Shown: positions 16,727 to 25,297 of the stretch, one piece after another
How the letters are laid out: each line of letters starts with the position of its first letter
Numbering within the stretch: the stretch's first letter is position 1
IMG/VR virus record: IMGVR_UViG_3300036796_000272
Location: 1-32,487 of that record
Source of the DNA: a virus
Lineage: Duplodnaviria; Caudoviricetes
Length of the DNA: 32,487 bases
Reading direction: 5' to 3' (one strand)
Program-made: the position numbers and the translations under genes
Notes under the pieces: generated by a model
Seen by the model: only the letters and a program-made list of their open reading frames with translations
The model's database searches: none
What the model was told of the DNA's origin: nothing

Positions 16727-17386
16727 TCAGCGGCTGGCGACGGTGCGTATCGCCCGCTCCAGCCGTTCAATGTCCTTTTTCACGCCGCAGCCGTTATGCA
16801 ACTGCAGCGCACGCTTAAGGTGGTTCAATGCCAGTTCAGCCCTGCCCGCCGCGCGCAAGACGTACCCGGTGATTTTGTGCAACTTGGCGCGCACTTGGTC
16901 GGGCATGTCTTCTGCGTCGGTGAGTTCCATCGTCTGTGTGAGGTGGTCAATGTTGACCGGCTCCCCGGCCTCAAAGGCGCGGGTGGCAGACTCGGCGACG
17001 TCTTCTGCGATGAGGTATGGCGTGGAGCGCGCGAAATTGCCCGGCGGCGCCAACTGGTAGCGCAGCGCATAGCGGGCGATGTCCAGCGCGCCGGGAATGT
17101 CCCCGGCATCCAGACGCCAGATCATGACCGTCATCAGAATGGCGTCCTGCGCGCCGCGACCTTCGGCCAGCACACCGGCAACCCAGGGGGCATAGTCCGG
17201 CAGCAGTTGGCGCTTGAGTTCGGCCTTACGCTCTTGTGAGCGCACCTGTTTGAGCTTTCGCTTATCTTCATTGAGTTTAAGCATCATCCGTTCATAGCCG
17301 TTGGCGTGGCGCAGCGGGTCATTCTCCCGCTGCGCGGCCTCGACCGCTGACTGGCGCATAAGGTGACGGCGGGCAGGGCTGGTCAT
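16727..17386 (-). CDS. M: Terminase small (endonuclease-annotated) subunit gpM
   Basis: MTSPARRH, QDAILMTVMIWRLDAGD, DMPDQVRAKLHK, GVKKDIERLER. Confidence 0.95.
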   Translation of the reverse strand: MTSPARRHLMRQSAVEAAQRENDPLRHANGYERMMLKLNEDKRKLKQVRSQERKAELKRQLLPDYAPWVAGVLAEGRGAQDAILMTVMIWRLDAGDIPGALDIARYALRYQLAPPGNFARSTPYLIAEDVAESATRAFEAGEPVNIDHLTQTMELTDAEDMPDQVRAKLHKITGYVLRAAGRAELALNHLKRALQLHNGCGVKKDIERLERAIRTVASR

Positions 17387-17388
17387 GG

Positions 17389-18600
17389 TTATTTACTGCC
17401 TTTCGCTTTGTCGTCTGCCGGTGCTTCCTCCGGCTCTTTCACTTCGGCGACTGGCTCCGCTGGGGCGGTGGCAACCTTCACCGCTTCAACAATGGCACCG
17501 GCCAGCGCCTTAATGTCATCGCCGGAGGTCGGCAGTGCGGCCTTGGTTTTTGGCTCGGTCGGCTTGACGGTCAACAGCTCGATGTTCTCCACCAGACAGC
17601 CGCAGGCGTAATCCTCCACTACATAGTCCTCGTTGATGGACTCATAGTTTTCGATGCGGTCACGCTTCGAGTTTTCCACCATATGGCGGCGGTGTGTGTC
17701 TTCCTGCCAGTAGATCGACAGGTTATCCATGCGCGTAATCAGCAGCGCATCCGCCGGGAAGTACGGCACGCGCACAGCGGGCAGGTTGCCGATGCGCTTC
17801 TGGCTGATAATCAGATCGGCGGCCATCGCTTCAGTGTTGGGCTGTTCCTGATTGACGAGCGGGAAATACTTGTCCGCCAGCAGCTGGCGCCCGCAGATCA
17901 CCACCAGTTCAGGGTCTTCCTGATACCACGGCGCAATCAGGGTGTTGGTGGCATCCATCACCAGTGCGTCGAGGTTGCCGTAATCGCCACCGACACCCAC
18001 GCGAACTTTTTCAGACTCCACATTGCCATCGATACCCACGATTTTATCCAGCACACGGCCCGGCGCGTTCTCGCGGTACTTCTGCAACCAGCCCGGCGCA
18101 ATGTCCTGCAGCAGCGGGAATTTAACGCGGTTGGAGGTTTTGGCGCGGTGCGTACCGTTAAAGCCGATCATGATGCGGTCGAGCGCCTGACGTTTCACAA
18201 TCGCATCGCGTAAACGGGTCTGGAAGTCCTGATAACGCGCCCACAGGTCGAGAGTGTTGTAACGGATGTGGAAATCGTAGTTCACCTGTTGGCAGAAATA
18301 GCCTTCTGCATCCAGCGTGGCAAAGTCGGCCGTTTCGCGCTCATCGCCGCCGGCGGTGTCGGTGGTGCTGGCAATCGTGCCGCTGACATCCAGCCCGATT
18401 TTTTCGCCTTTCATTTCCGGCACCGGCACGATGTTGATGCGGGTCAGGAACGTGGAGGAATCCTGTACGCGGGTCATAATGGTCTGCGTAACGGACGGCT
18501 CAACGCTGAATTTTTTATCCAGATCGCCGGTAGCGACGCCGTTCAGTTCGGCGAGGCGGGACAGAAACGCATTAAATTTAAAACGAGTTTGCTTGCGCAT
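17389..18600 (-). CDS. N: Major capsid protein gpN with extended C-terminus
   Basis: TRFKFNAFL, FSVEPSVTQ, QALDRIMIGFNG, NLSIYWQ, YVVEDY. Confidence 0.97.
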   Translation of the reverse strand: MRKQTRFKFNAFLSRLAELNGVATGDLDKKFSVEPSVTQTIMTRVQDSSTFLTRINIVPVPEMKGEKIGLDVSGTIASTTDTAGGDERETADFATLDAEGYFCQQVNYDFHIRYNTLDLWARYQDFQTRLRDAIVKRQALDRIMIGFNGTHRAKTSNRVKFPLLQDIAPGWLQKYRENAPGRVLDKIVGIDGNVESEKVRVGVGGDYGNLDALVMDATNTLIAPWYQEDPELVVICGRQLLADKYFPLVNQEQPNTEAMAADLIISQKRIGNLPAVRVPYFPADALLITRMDNLSIYWQEDTHRRHMVENSKRDRIENYESINEDYVVEDYACGCLVENIELLTVKPTEPKTKAALPTSGDDIKALAGAIVEAVKVATAPAEPVAEVKEPEEAPADDKAKGSK

Positions 18601-18642
18601 TTTTCTTCCTGTTTTTGTTCGGTTTTATCGGGTGTGACTGTC

Positions 18643-19458
18643 TTAGCAGTCGGTCAGCACGTCTTGCGTACTGTTGCCGCCGGTGGCGTCCGGGCGGGCC
18701 CGCTGGCTGAAATCTTCCGAGGCGGAAAGCTGGGCTTGCAGCGCGCTGAACGCATCACTGCCGGTTTTTACCTGTTGCTTGAGGTCGGCAACCTGCTCGC
18801 TCAGTGCAGCGAATGTCTCGGTAAAGCGGGCGTCCGCTTCCTGCAACTGCTCGGCCACAGTCATCACCGCGCCTTCCATCTCGCCAAAGCGCACATCATC
18901 GGTGGCCTGCTTGCGACTAAACATCGATTTGATGCGGGCAGAGAATGAGGTTTCCGGGTCAGCGACCGGCTCAAAATCGAAACAGACTTCCAGCGGCGCG
19001 GAGAATTCGACGCTCTCGTGGCGGCGGCTGAACTCCAGCATGTCAGTGCCGAGGCTCGCCGGGTCATCGGTGACGGCCAACCCGACCAGATACGACTTGC
19101 CGGTCTTGGCGAAATCGCGGCGGATCTCCATCGAGGTGAAAACCTTTTGGCCCGCGCCGACCATCGACACCAGATCGGCTGTCGGGGCCAGACTGGCGTA
19201 CAACGCCCACTTGCCGTGCAACAGCGGTTCGTCCGGCTCGTCGATTTTCTCGGCCTTCAGCTCAACCACGCCGCCGTAACGACGGAAATAGCCATCCGGC
19301 AAAATCCCCTTGATGTGCTCCATGTTGATGCGGGCGCCGTACACCTTCGGGCTGTAGGTCGCGGCCATCTGCTGAATATCCGCAGCGCCGATCTCGCGGC
19401 CGTCAACGGTGTCGCCTTCAACGCCGATGCGGAAAAACTTAGTAACTTTCTTTGCCAT
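18643..19458 (-). CDS. O: Capsid scaffolding protein/protease gpO
   Basis: KFFRIGVEGDTVDGR, YLVGLAVTDDPASLGT, ends LTDC. Start reassigned to MAKKV. Confidence 0.95.
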   Translation of the reverse strand: MAKKVTKFFRIGVEGDTVDGREIGAADIQQMAATYSPKVYGARINMEHIKGILPDGYFRRYGGVVELKAEKIDEPDEPLLHGKWALYASLAPTADLVSMVGAGQKVFTSMEIRRDFAKTGKSYLVGLAVTDDPASLGTDMLEFSRRHESVEFSAPLEVCFDFEPVADPETSFSARIKSMFSRKQATDDVRFGEMEGAVMTVAEQLQEADARFTETFAALSEQVADLKQQVKTGSDAFSALQAQLSASEDFSQRARPDATGGNSTQDVLTDC

Positions 19459-19532
19459 GTAAACGGCTCCGGTTGTGGTGATTGGGTTCGGGGCTAGTTT
19501 CGGGGGAATGGCGCCGCGTCTCAACGCGTTGC

Positions 19533-19556
19533 GGTTGGAAGATCTGAGGCACAACA
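19533..19556. promoter_or_regulatory. Shared Ogr-binding site of divergent late promoters pO/pP
   Basis: TGTTGTGCCTCAGATCTTCCAACC (minus strand) between O and P. Confidence 0.8.
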
Positions 19557-19600
19557 AGGGCTTAATGCGAGTCGCCCGGCGCTTTCGTAGCCTTGGCTGC

Positions 19601-21373
19601 ATGAATACGACACCGGCAACAACCATTATCAGCGATCCGCGCCGCCAAGCTGCCTTGCTCTACTGGCAGGGCTTCTCTGTGCGCCAAATTGCGGAAACGC
19701 TGAACCTCAAGGGGCCGACCGTGCAGAGCTGGAAGCTGCGCGATAAATGGGACGACATCGCGCCCATTTCCCGCGTTGAGCAAAGCATGGAAGCGCGGTT
19801 GATTCAGCTCATCATGAAAGACGTCAAGGAGGGGAAAGACTTCAAAGAAATTGACCTGTTAGGCCGCCAGATTGAACGGCTGGCGCGGGTCAATCGCTAT
19901 TCGGCGACCGGCAACGAGGCGGACTTAAACCCAAACGTCGCCAACCGCAACAAAGGCGAGCGCAAGCCCGCCGAGCGCAACGTGTTCAGCGAGGCCGCCG
20001 TGGAGAAACTGCAAAGTATCTTCACGGAAACCACCTTCGAGTATCAAATGGGGTGGTATCGCGCCGGGCTGCAACACCGTAACCGCAACATCCTGAAATC
20101 GCGCCAGATCGGCGCCACGTTCTTCTTTGCCCGCGAGGCGTTGCTCGATGCGCTGACCACCGGCCGCAATCAGATTTTCTTGTCGGCCAGTAAGGCGCAG
20201 GCGCATGTATTCCGCAATTACATCATTGATTTTGCCCGGCTGGTCGAGGTTGACCTGAAAGGCGATCCGATGGTGCTGCCGAACGGCGCCCGCCTGATGT
20301 TCCTCGGCACCAACGTGCGCACCGCGCAGAGCTACACCGGCAATCTGTATCTGGACGAGTATTTCTGGATACCGAAGTTTCAGGAGCTGCGCAAAGTCGC
20401 CAGCGGGATGTCGCTGCACAAGCGGTGGCGCACTACCTACTTTTCCACGCCGTCGAGTCTGGCGCACTCCGCTTATCCGTTCTGGTCGGGGGAACTGTTC
20501 AACAAAGGCCGCCGCAGTAAAGCCGATCACGTTCAGCTCGACCTCAGCCACAGCCACCTGTCAAAAGGCGTGCTGTGCGGTGATGGGCAATGGCGCCAGA
20601 TTGTCACGGTTGAGGATGCGCTGACCGGCGGCTGTAACCTGTTTGACCTCGATCAGCTGTCGCTCGAATACAGCCCGGCAGAGTATCAGAACCTGCTGAT
20701 GTGTGAATTTGTTGACGATACCGCGTCGGTATTCCCGTTCGCCGAGCTACAAGGCTGCATGGTCGATACGCTGGAAGAGTGGGAGGACTTCAACCCATAC
20801 GCCGTGCGGCCGTTCGGTTATCGCCCGGTGTGGATCGGTTACGACCCATCGGAAGCCAACGGCGGCGATAGCGCCGGGTGCGCGGTGATCGCGCCGCCAA
20901 TGGTGGCCGGGGGCAAGTTCCGCGTGCTCGAGCGCCACCAGTGGCAGGGCATGAACTTTGCCGCGCAGGCCCAGAAGATTAAAGACCTTACCGAAAAATA
21001 TTGCGTGGAGTACATCGGCATCGACGCGACCACCGTCGGCCAAGGTGTTTTCCAACTGGTGCGCGAGTTCTTCCCGGCCGCGCGAGAAATCAAATACACG
21101 CCGGAAATCAAAACCGCCATGGTGCTGAAAGCAAAAGACACCATCGCGCGCGGCTGTCTGGAATACGACACCAGCCACACCGACATCACCGCCGCCTTTA
21201 TGGCGATCCGCAAAACCATGACCGCCAGCGGCGCGCGCTCAACCTACACCGCCAGCCGCAGCGAAGAAGCCAGCCACGCCGATGTTGCATGGTCAATCAT
21301 GCACGCCCTCTTAAACGAACCGCTCACCGCAGGCAGCGGCCACAGCAGCCCGAATATTTTGGAGTTTTACTGA
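19601..21373 (+). CDS. P: Terminase large (ATPase) subunit gpP
   Basis: DPRRQAALLYWQG, ILKSRQIGAT, YLDEYFWIP, GYDP; 590 aa from MNTTP. Confidence 0.96.
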   Translation: MNTTPATTIISDPRRQAALLYWQGFSVRQIAETLNLKGPTVQSWKLRDKWDDIAPISRVEQSMEARLIQLIMKDVKEGKDFKEIDLLGRQIERLARVNRYSATGNEADLNPNVANRNKGERKPAERNVFSEAAVEKLQSIFTETTFEYQMGWYRAGLQHRNRNILKSRQIGATFFFAREALLDALTTGRNQIFLSASKAQAHVFRNYIIDFARLVEVDLKGDPMVLPNGARLMFLGTNVRTAQSYTGNLYLDEYFWIPKFQELRKVASGMSLHKRWRTTYFSTPSSLAHSAYPFWSGELFNKGRRSKADHVQLDLSHSHLSKGVLCGDGQWRQIVTVEDALTGGCNLFDLDQLSLEYSPAEYQNLLMCEFVDDTASVFPFAELQGCMVDTLEEWEDFNPYAVRPFGYRPVWIGYDPSEANGGDSAGCAVIAPPMVAGGKFRVLERHQWQGMNFAAQAQKIKDLTEKYCVEYIGIDATTVGQGVFQLVREFFPAAREIKYTPEIKTAMVLKAKDTIARGCLEYDTSHTDITAAFMAIRKTMTASGARSTYTASRSEEASHADVAWSIMHALLNEPLTAGSGHSSPNILEFY

Positions 21374-22407
21374 TGAGCAAACGCAAAGGCCGCAAGGCAT
21401 TTACCACACCGGCGCCAGCCCCAACAGCAGAGCAGAAGCAGGATTTTGAGGCTTTTACCTTTGGCGAGCCGTCCGCTGTGCTGGATAAGCGGGAAATTCT
21501 GGATTACATCGAATGCACAACCAATGGGAAGTGGTACGAGCCGCCAATCTCATTCGATGGGCTGGCGCGCAGCGTGCGCGCCGCCGTGCATCACAGCTCG
21601 CCGATGTACGTTAAGCGCAACATTTTGGCATCAACGTTTATTCCGCACCGGCTGTTAAGTCAGCAGGAGTTTAGCCGCTATGCACTGGATTATCTGGTGT
21701 TCGGCAACGCCTATTTAGAAGAACGTCAAAACCGGCTCGGCGCGCCGCTGCAGCTGAAATCCTCCCCGGCCAAGTACACACGCCGCGGCGTGGATCGCGG
21801 CGCTTACTGGTTCGTGCAGGACTGGAAAGAGGCGCACCGCTTCAAGACCGACAGCGTTTTTCACCTGATTGAGCCGGACATCAATCAGGAACTTTACGGC
21901 CTGCCGGAGTACCTCAGCGCGCTTAACTCCGCCTGGCTGAACGAGGCGGCGACGCTGTTCCGCCGTAAGTATTACCAGAACGGGGCGCACGCCGGTTACA
22001 TCCTGTATATGACCGACGCCGCGCAAAGTACAAGCGACGTTGACAGAATGCGCCAAGCCATGCGTGATACAAAGGGCTTAGGAAACTTCCGCAATCTGTT
22101 CATGTACGCCCCGAACGGCAAGCCGGACGGCATTAAGATTTTGCCGCTATCCGAGGTCGCCACCAAGGATGACTTTTTCAACATCAAGAATGCCAGCCGC
22201 GACGATTTGCTAAGTGCGCACCGCGTACCGCCGCAGATGATGGGGATTATCCCGAACAATACCGGCGGCTTCGGGGACGTGAAAAAAGCCGCTCAGGTGT
22301 TTGTACGCAACGAGCTAACACCGCTGCAAGAGCGCATGAAGGAGGTGAACGACTGGATCGGGGAAGAGGTGATTAGATTCGCGCCGTATGAGTTGCCGAC
22401 CGAATAA
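21373..22407 (+). CDS. Q: Portal protein gpQ
   Basis: EAFTFGEP, WYEPPISFDGLA, YGLPEYLSAL, AHRVPPQMMG; 344 aa from MSKRK. Confidence 0.96.
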   Translation: MSKRKGRKAFTTPAPAPTAEQKQDFEAFTFGEPSAVLDKREILDYIECTTNGKWYEPPISFDGLARSVRAAVHHSSPMYVKRNILASTFIPHRLLSQQEFSRYALDYLVFGNAYLEERQNRLGAPLQLKSSPAKYTRRGVDRGAYWFVQDWKEAHRFKTDSVFHLIEPDINQELYGLPEYLSALNSAWLNEAATLFRRKYYQNGAHAGYILYMTDAAQSTSDVDRMRQAMRDTKGLGNFRNLFMYAPNGKPDGIKILPLSEVATKDDFFNIKNASRDDLLSAHRVPPQMMGIIPNNTGGFGDVKKAAQVFVRNELTPLQERMKEVNDWIGEEVIRFAPYELPTE

Positions 22408-22410
22408 GCA

Positions 22411-22439
22411 GAAAGCCGCCAGTGATTGGCGGCTTTTTT
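22411..22439. terminator. Bidirectional terminator between Q and hicB
   Basis: aaagccgcca-gtgat-tggcggctttttt. Confidence 0.88.
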
Positions 22440-22451
22440 GTTGGCGCTGGA

Positions 22452-22796
22452 TCAGGAATGCTTTTCGATAACCAGATCAACACCTTCATTCAGCAGTTCA
22501 TTAATCGACTGCCCGGTGGCCTGTGCGGCAATGGCTAACGCCTGATGGCGTTCCGGCGACAGGCGGGTGGTTACTTTGCCGCTGTACGACTTGTAAGGCT
22601 CGATGCCGTCTTTATGGCATTCATCGAGAAAGACCGCGAGTGAGATCGCGCCTTCTTTCTTCAGCTCGTCCACGCTGTAGGCGTAGAAGTCGGCGCCGCC
22701 ATTCAGCCCGACAAACTCTCCCCGGAACATTTCAATTTCAGGGTCGAAGTTGATGACGGCCGTATGGCCGTCAATTTTCAGTGTGTTATTCATCAT
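22452..22796 (-). CDS. hicB: HicB family antitoxin with C-terminal ribbon-helix-helix domain
   Basis: A.I.FDPEIEMFRGEF.GLNGGADFY..SV.EL..EG..SL, YSGK...RL.PE.H. Confidence 0.93.
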   Translation of the reverse strand: MMNNTLKIDGHTAVINFDPEIEMFRGEFVGLNGGADFYAYSVDELKKEGAISLAVFLDECHKDGIEPYKSYSGKVTTRLSPERHQALAIAAQATGQSINELLNEGVDLVIEKHS

Positions 22797-23047
22797 GGTT
22801 TTATTCCTAAGCTATCCAACCAGATCCGAATGGAGTTAACCGCCCCCTTGTCAGTGGTAGGTCTGGGGTGTGGCCGGTGAAAGACTCTTTTTTCACCTTT
22901 CAACAGCACCGCGATCCTAGAACCTTCCCTTTCGTGAATCTCCGCCCCTAATGCGGTAAAAAGCGCCTCAATATCAGACCACTTTATAGAACCGTTGACA
23001 GGCCGGGCAAACACATCTGACAGCGTTTTTTGGTGTCGTTTGTTCAT
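22793..23047 (-). CDS. hicA: HicA family mRNA interferase toxin
   Basis: IKWSDIEALF.ALGA...EREGSR, FHRPHP; ATGA overlap with hicB. Confidence 0.93.
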   Translation of the reverse strand: MNKRHQKTLSDVFARPVNGSIKWSDIEALFTALGAEIHEREGSRIAVLLKGEKRVFHRPHPRPTTDKGAVNSIRIWLDSLGIKP

Positions 23048-23054
23048 GGGGTTT

Positions 23055-23111
23055 ATAGTATCACTTTATGACACCATTGCAAGAATATTATGGTGTCATT
23101 TTTTGGTGTCA
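23055..23111 (-). promoter_or_regulatory. hicAB promoter with TGGTGTCA operator repeats
   Basis: TTGCAA-16-TACTAT with extended TG; perfect inverted repeat ATGACACCAT/ATGGTGTCAT (23068-23077, 23090-23099); extra copy at 23104-23111. Confidence 0.75.
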
Positions 23112-23266
23112 CTGAATGGCGATGTTATGCAGTGCGCTGTAAGCGCCTGAGAGCGCCATAATGGCGCCACAACATCAAACCCCATTCTCATACAAGTATT
23201 GCGATAAATCGCCGTGACGGGACGCTGGCGGCTCTTTTGGGAGGGGTTCAACACGGCTTGCGCGCA

Positions 23267-23285
23267 ATGCTATCCCCGCCTCGCC
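23267..23285 (-). other. cos: cos site (19-nt cohesive end)
   Basis: GGCGAGGCGGGGATAGCAT, 17/19 to P2 cos GGCGAGGCGGGGAAAGCAC, flanked by the TGCATTAAAA element. Confidence 0.92.
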
Positions 23286-23691
23286 TGCACGCTTTATGTG
23301 TCGCTTTTAATGCAGTTGCATGATCCGGCGCGATCCGCGCCAGTGCTGGCGCTGTGGGGATAAAAAGAACACCGGATCATAATGCGAATTCATGCGCCTA
23401 ATACATGCATAGGGTATTTAGACTGGGGCTGGTAACATTCCCTAGCAGCGGACAATCAAATCTGACTGTCCGCTCTGAGCGAGCAGCGAAGATGTGATGT
23501 TTAGAAACTGCACGATTTGCACGGAGCGAGTGCAACCAACATGGCAGAGACAGTCACAGGGACACCAGAGTTGTTTATCCCCAGATGCGGGGAAAAAGCA
23601 CTTAGGTAATGGACAGAAAGTGCTGTCTGTCGAATCTGTCGGGGATTTATACTGACAACCATGATCATCACAGAAAGATATGGGATAGCAG

Positions 23692-24195
23692 ATGTCTGTT
23701 GAATGGGTGGATGTAGCTGATAGTGCTGTTAAAATCGGGCTAGGTGCGTTAATCACCATTGTTGGCGGTTGGATTACATTAAAATTAACACACCACCATG
23801 AAATCAAGAAAGAAGCAGTGGCTCAACGACTGCGAGATATAGAGAAAAAAACAGACCGCTATATAGATTTTCTTTCTTCATCGCAATTGCTGATGCAAAA
23901 ATATCTTTATGACTCATGCGACCCAGGCGGTGAGGATTACACCGATTATATGCGGTTGCATAATATTGTGAGTCTCACATCTACGCCAGAATTGCGAGCC
24001 TATGCCTTTGATACTCAGGCAAAAGTATCGCAATTTATCCTACTCAGAAAATCCAGTGACCTTATTGACTCCTACCGTGATGCCGCAAGAAATTCCGTTT
24101 CTATGCTTCAGGGGTTCGTGAGCGCCGAATTGCTTCAGGATAAAGCTGCACTCCAGGGCGAACCACATGCATGGTGGGCGTTCTGGCAGAGGTAA
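23692..24195 (+). CDS. Hypothetical membrane-anchored protein (167 aa), accessory
   Basis: N-terminal TM helix (IGLGALITIVGGWITL) then a helical domain; lower GC; opposite to phage early genes. Confidence 0.8.
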   Translation: MSVEWVDVADSAVKIGLGALITIVGGWITLKLTHHHEIKKEAVAQRLRDIEKKTDRYIDFLSSSQLLMQKYLYDSCDPGGEDYTDYMRLHNIVSLTSTPELRAYAFDTQAKVSQFILLRKSSDLIDSYRDAARNSVSMLQGFVSAELLQDKAALQGEPHAWWAFWQR

Positions 24196-24333
24196 GGCAG
24201 AACATATAGACTGAAGTTCCTGTTTGCCTAGGGGAAGCAAAATCAGGTCTCGGATTTAGCTGTGCAGAGCGGCTGATGTCACTTTCCCAGTACACCTGTC
24301 TGGTGACACTGTTGTACACGGGTATCCCTACCG

Positions 24334-24675
24334 TTATTTGTTGTAGGTATCAAAGCCTAACTGAAATGCTAGGTCAGCCAGCTCAAGTACAGCCTTATTT
24401 CCGTCTGAAATTTTCCTTGCCATCTCATTACGGTAATTAAGATTGGCAATAATGGCATCGTTTATGTTCTCGCCCTTTGCGGCTGCATCACTTCCAATAT
24501 TGCACATGGAGATCAGCTGTTTTTCCGAGGGCCGAAAATCGTAGGCACTGGTTGGTGTAATCATTGCCGCACGGATTAAAGATGAAGCGATGGACTCGCA
24601 TCTCTCTGCCGCTTCAGCTACGCTGACATACATGCTGCCAGCAATAATTAGAGTAGTAATAGCTTTCATTGACAA
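24334..24675 (-). CDS. Hypothetical exported protein (113 aa, start may be 24669), accessory
   Basis: Sec signal MKAITTLIIAGSMYVSVAEA with AxA cleavage site; two Cys in the mature part. Confidence 0.78.
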   Translation of the reverse strand: MSMKAITTLIIAGSMYVSVAEAAERCESIASSLIRAAMITPTSAYDFRPSEKQLISMCNIGSDAAAKGENINDAIIANLNYRNEMARKISDGNKAVLELADLAFQLGFDTYNK

Positions 24676-24819
24676 TCCCGTCTTTTAAGAGTCAGGAATT
24701 TTACCAGATGCCACTGCTGGACAGAAACAGCTGAACGTTTGCTCCTAGCACAGAGCTGCCCTGTAAGGTTAAGCTCTGCGCTGTGACAATGCCAGATCAA
24801 GTCTGAGATAATACAATTT

Positions 24820-25050
24820 TTAGCCCAGATAAAGGTATGTGTTATGCTGATAACGCCCCTCGTCAATCAGCCTGAAAACGTGGCCGGACTGGTGCTTGAT
24901 GTAGTAATTCGCCTCTTCAGGCGTTAGGTGTGTGCCAAGCCGGTTTGCAGCGTAAATGAAATCAACGGTTTTTATGCGGCGGCCCTTGCCGTTCTCGTTG
25001 AAGTTCAACGCCTCCATAAACGCCCCAGCTAAGTTTAAATCTCGTCTCAT
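24820..25050 (-). CDS. Small SOS-operon protein, probable 186 Orf97-like
   Basis: AGGTG RBS; directly follows tum; pattern AF..A......G...I.T.DF.......H.T..EAN..I......FR resembles small SOS-linked prophage proteins (from recall). Confidence 0.6.
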   Translation of the reverse strand: MRRDLNLAGAFMEALNFNENGKGRRIKTVDFIYAANRLGTHLTPEEANYYIKHQSGHVFRLIDEGRYQHNTYLYLG

Positions 25051-25064
25051 ACGTCACCTATGGA

Positions 25065-25256
25065 TTAAGAGATCGCGGCAAGCTGCCTGATCACTTCTGC
25101 TTTTTCAGGGGCAATGCTGGTTTTCATCTCCCCCGCCAGTTCTGAAATCCATATCAGTGCAATGTCTTTGTCTTTCGCTTGGCTCTCATAACAAACCCCC
25201 AGACGGGCGATGAGTTCAATTCTTTCTAAAACAACCACTTCATCCACTGCTTGCAC
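25065..25256 (-). CDS. tum: Tum-like antirepressor, N-terminal domain only (63 aa, GTG start)
   Basis: VVLERIELIARL....Q.KDKDIAL..ISELA matches the recalled 186 Tum N-terminus; GGAGG RBS; LexA box upstream. Confidence 0.82.
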   Translation of the reverse strand: MQAVDEVVVLERIELIARLGVCYESQAKDKDIALIWISELAGEMKTSIAPEKAEVIRQLAAIS

Positions 25257-25277
25257 CCTTTCCCTCCGATGCTTAAT

Positions 25278-25297
25278 TACTGTATGCATATACAGTA
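25278..25297. promoter_or_regulatory. LexA (SOS) box
   Basis: TACTGTATGCATATACAGTA, near-consensus CTG-N10-CAG, upstream of tum. Confidence 0.93.

Noticed and set aside
18643-22407. ORF-track extended starts for O (19626), P (19475) and Q (21001)
   Set aside because: Extensions overlap promoters or neighbouring genes; homologous starts are at 19458, 19601 and 21373.
23442-23807. Cys-rich 121-aa minus-strand ORF
   Set aside because: Overlaps the 167-aa gene in antisense, has no RBS and no coherent metal-binding pattern.
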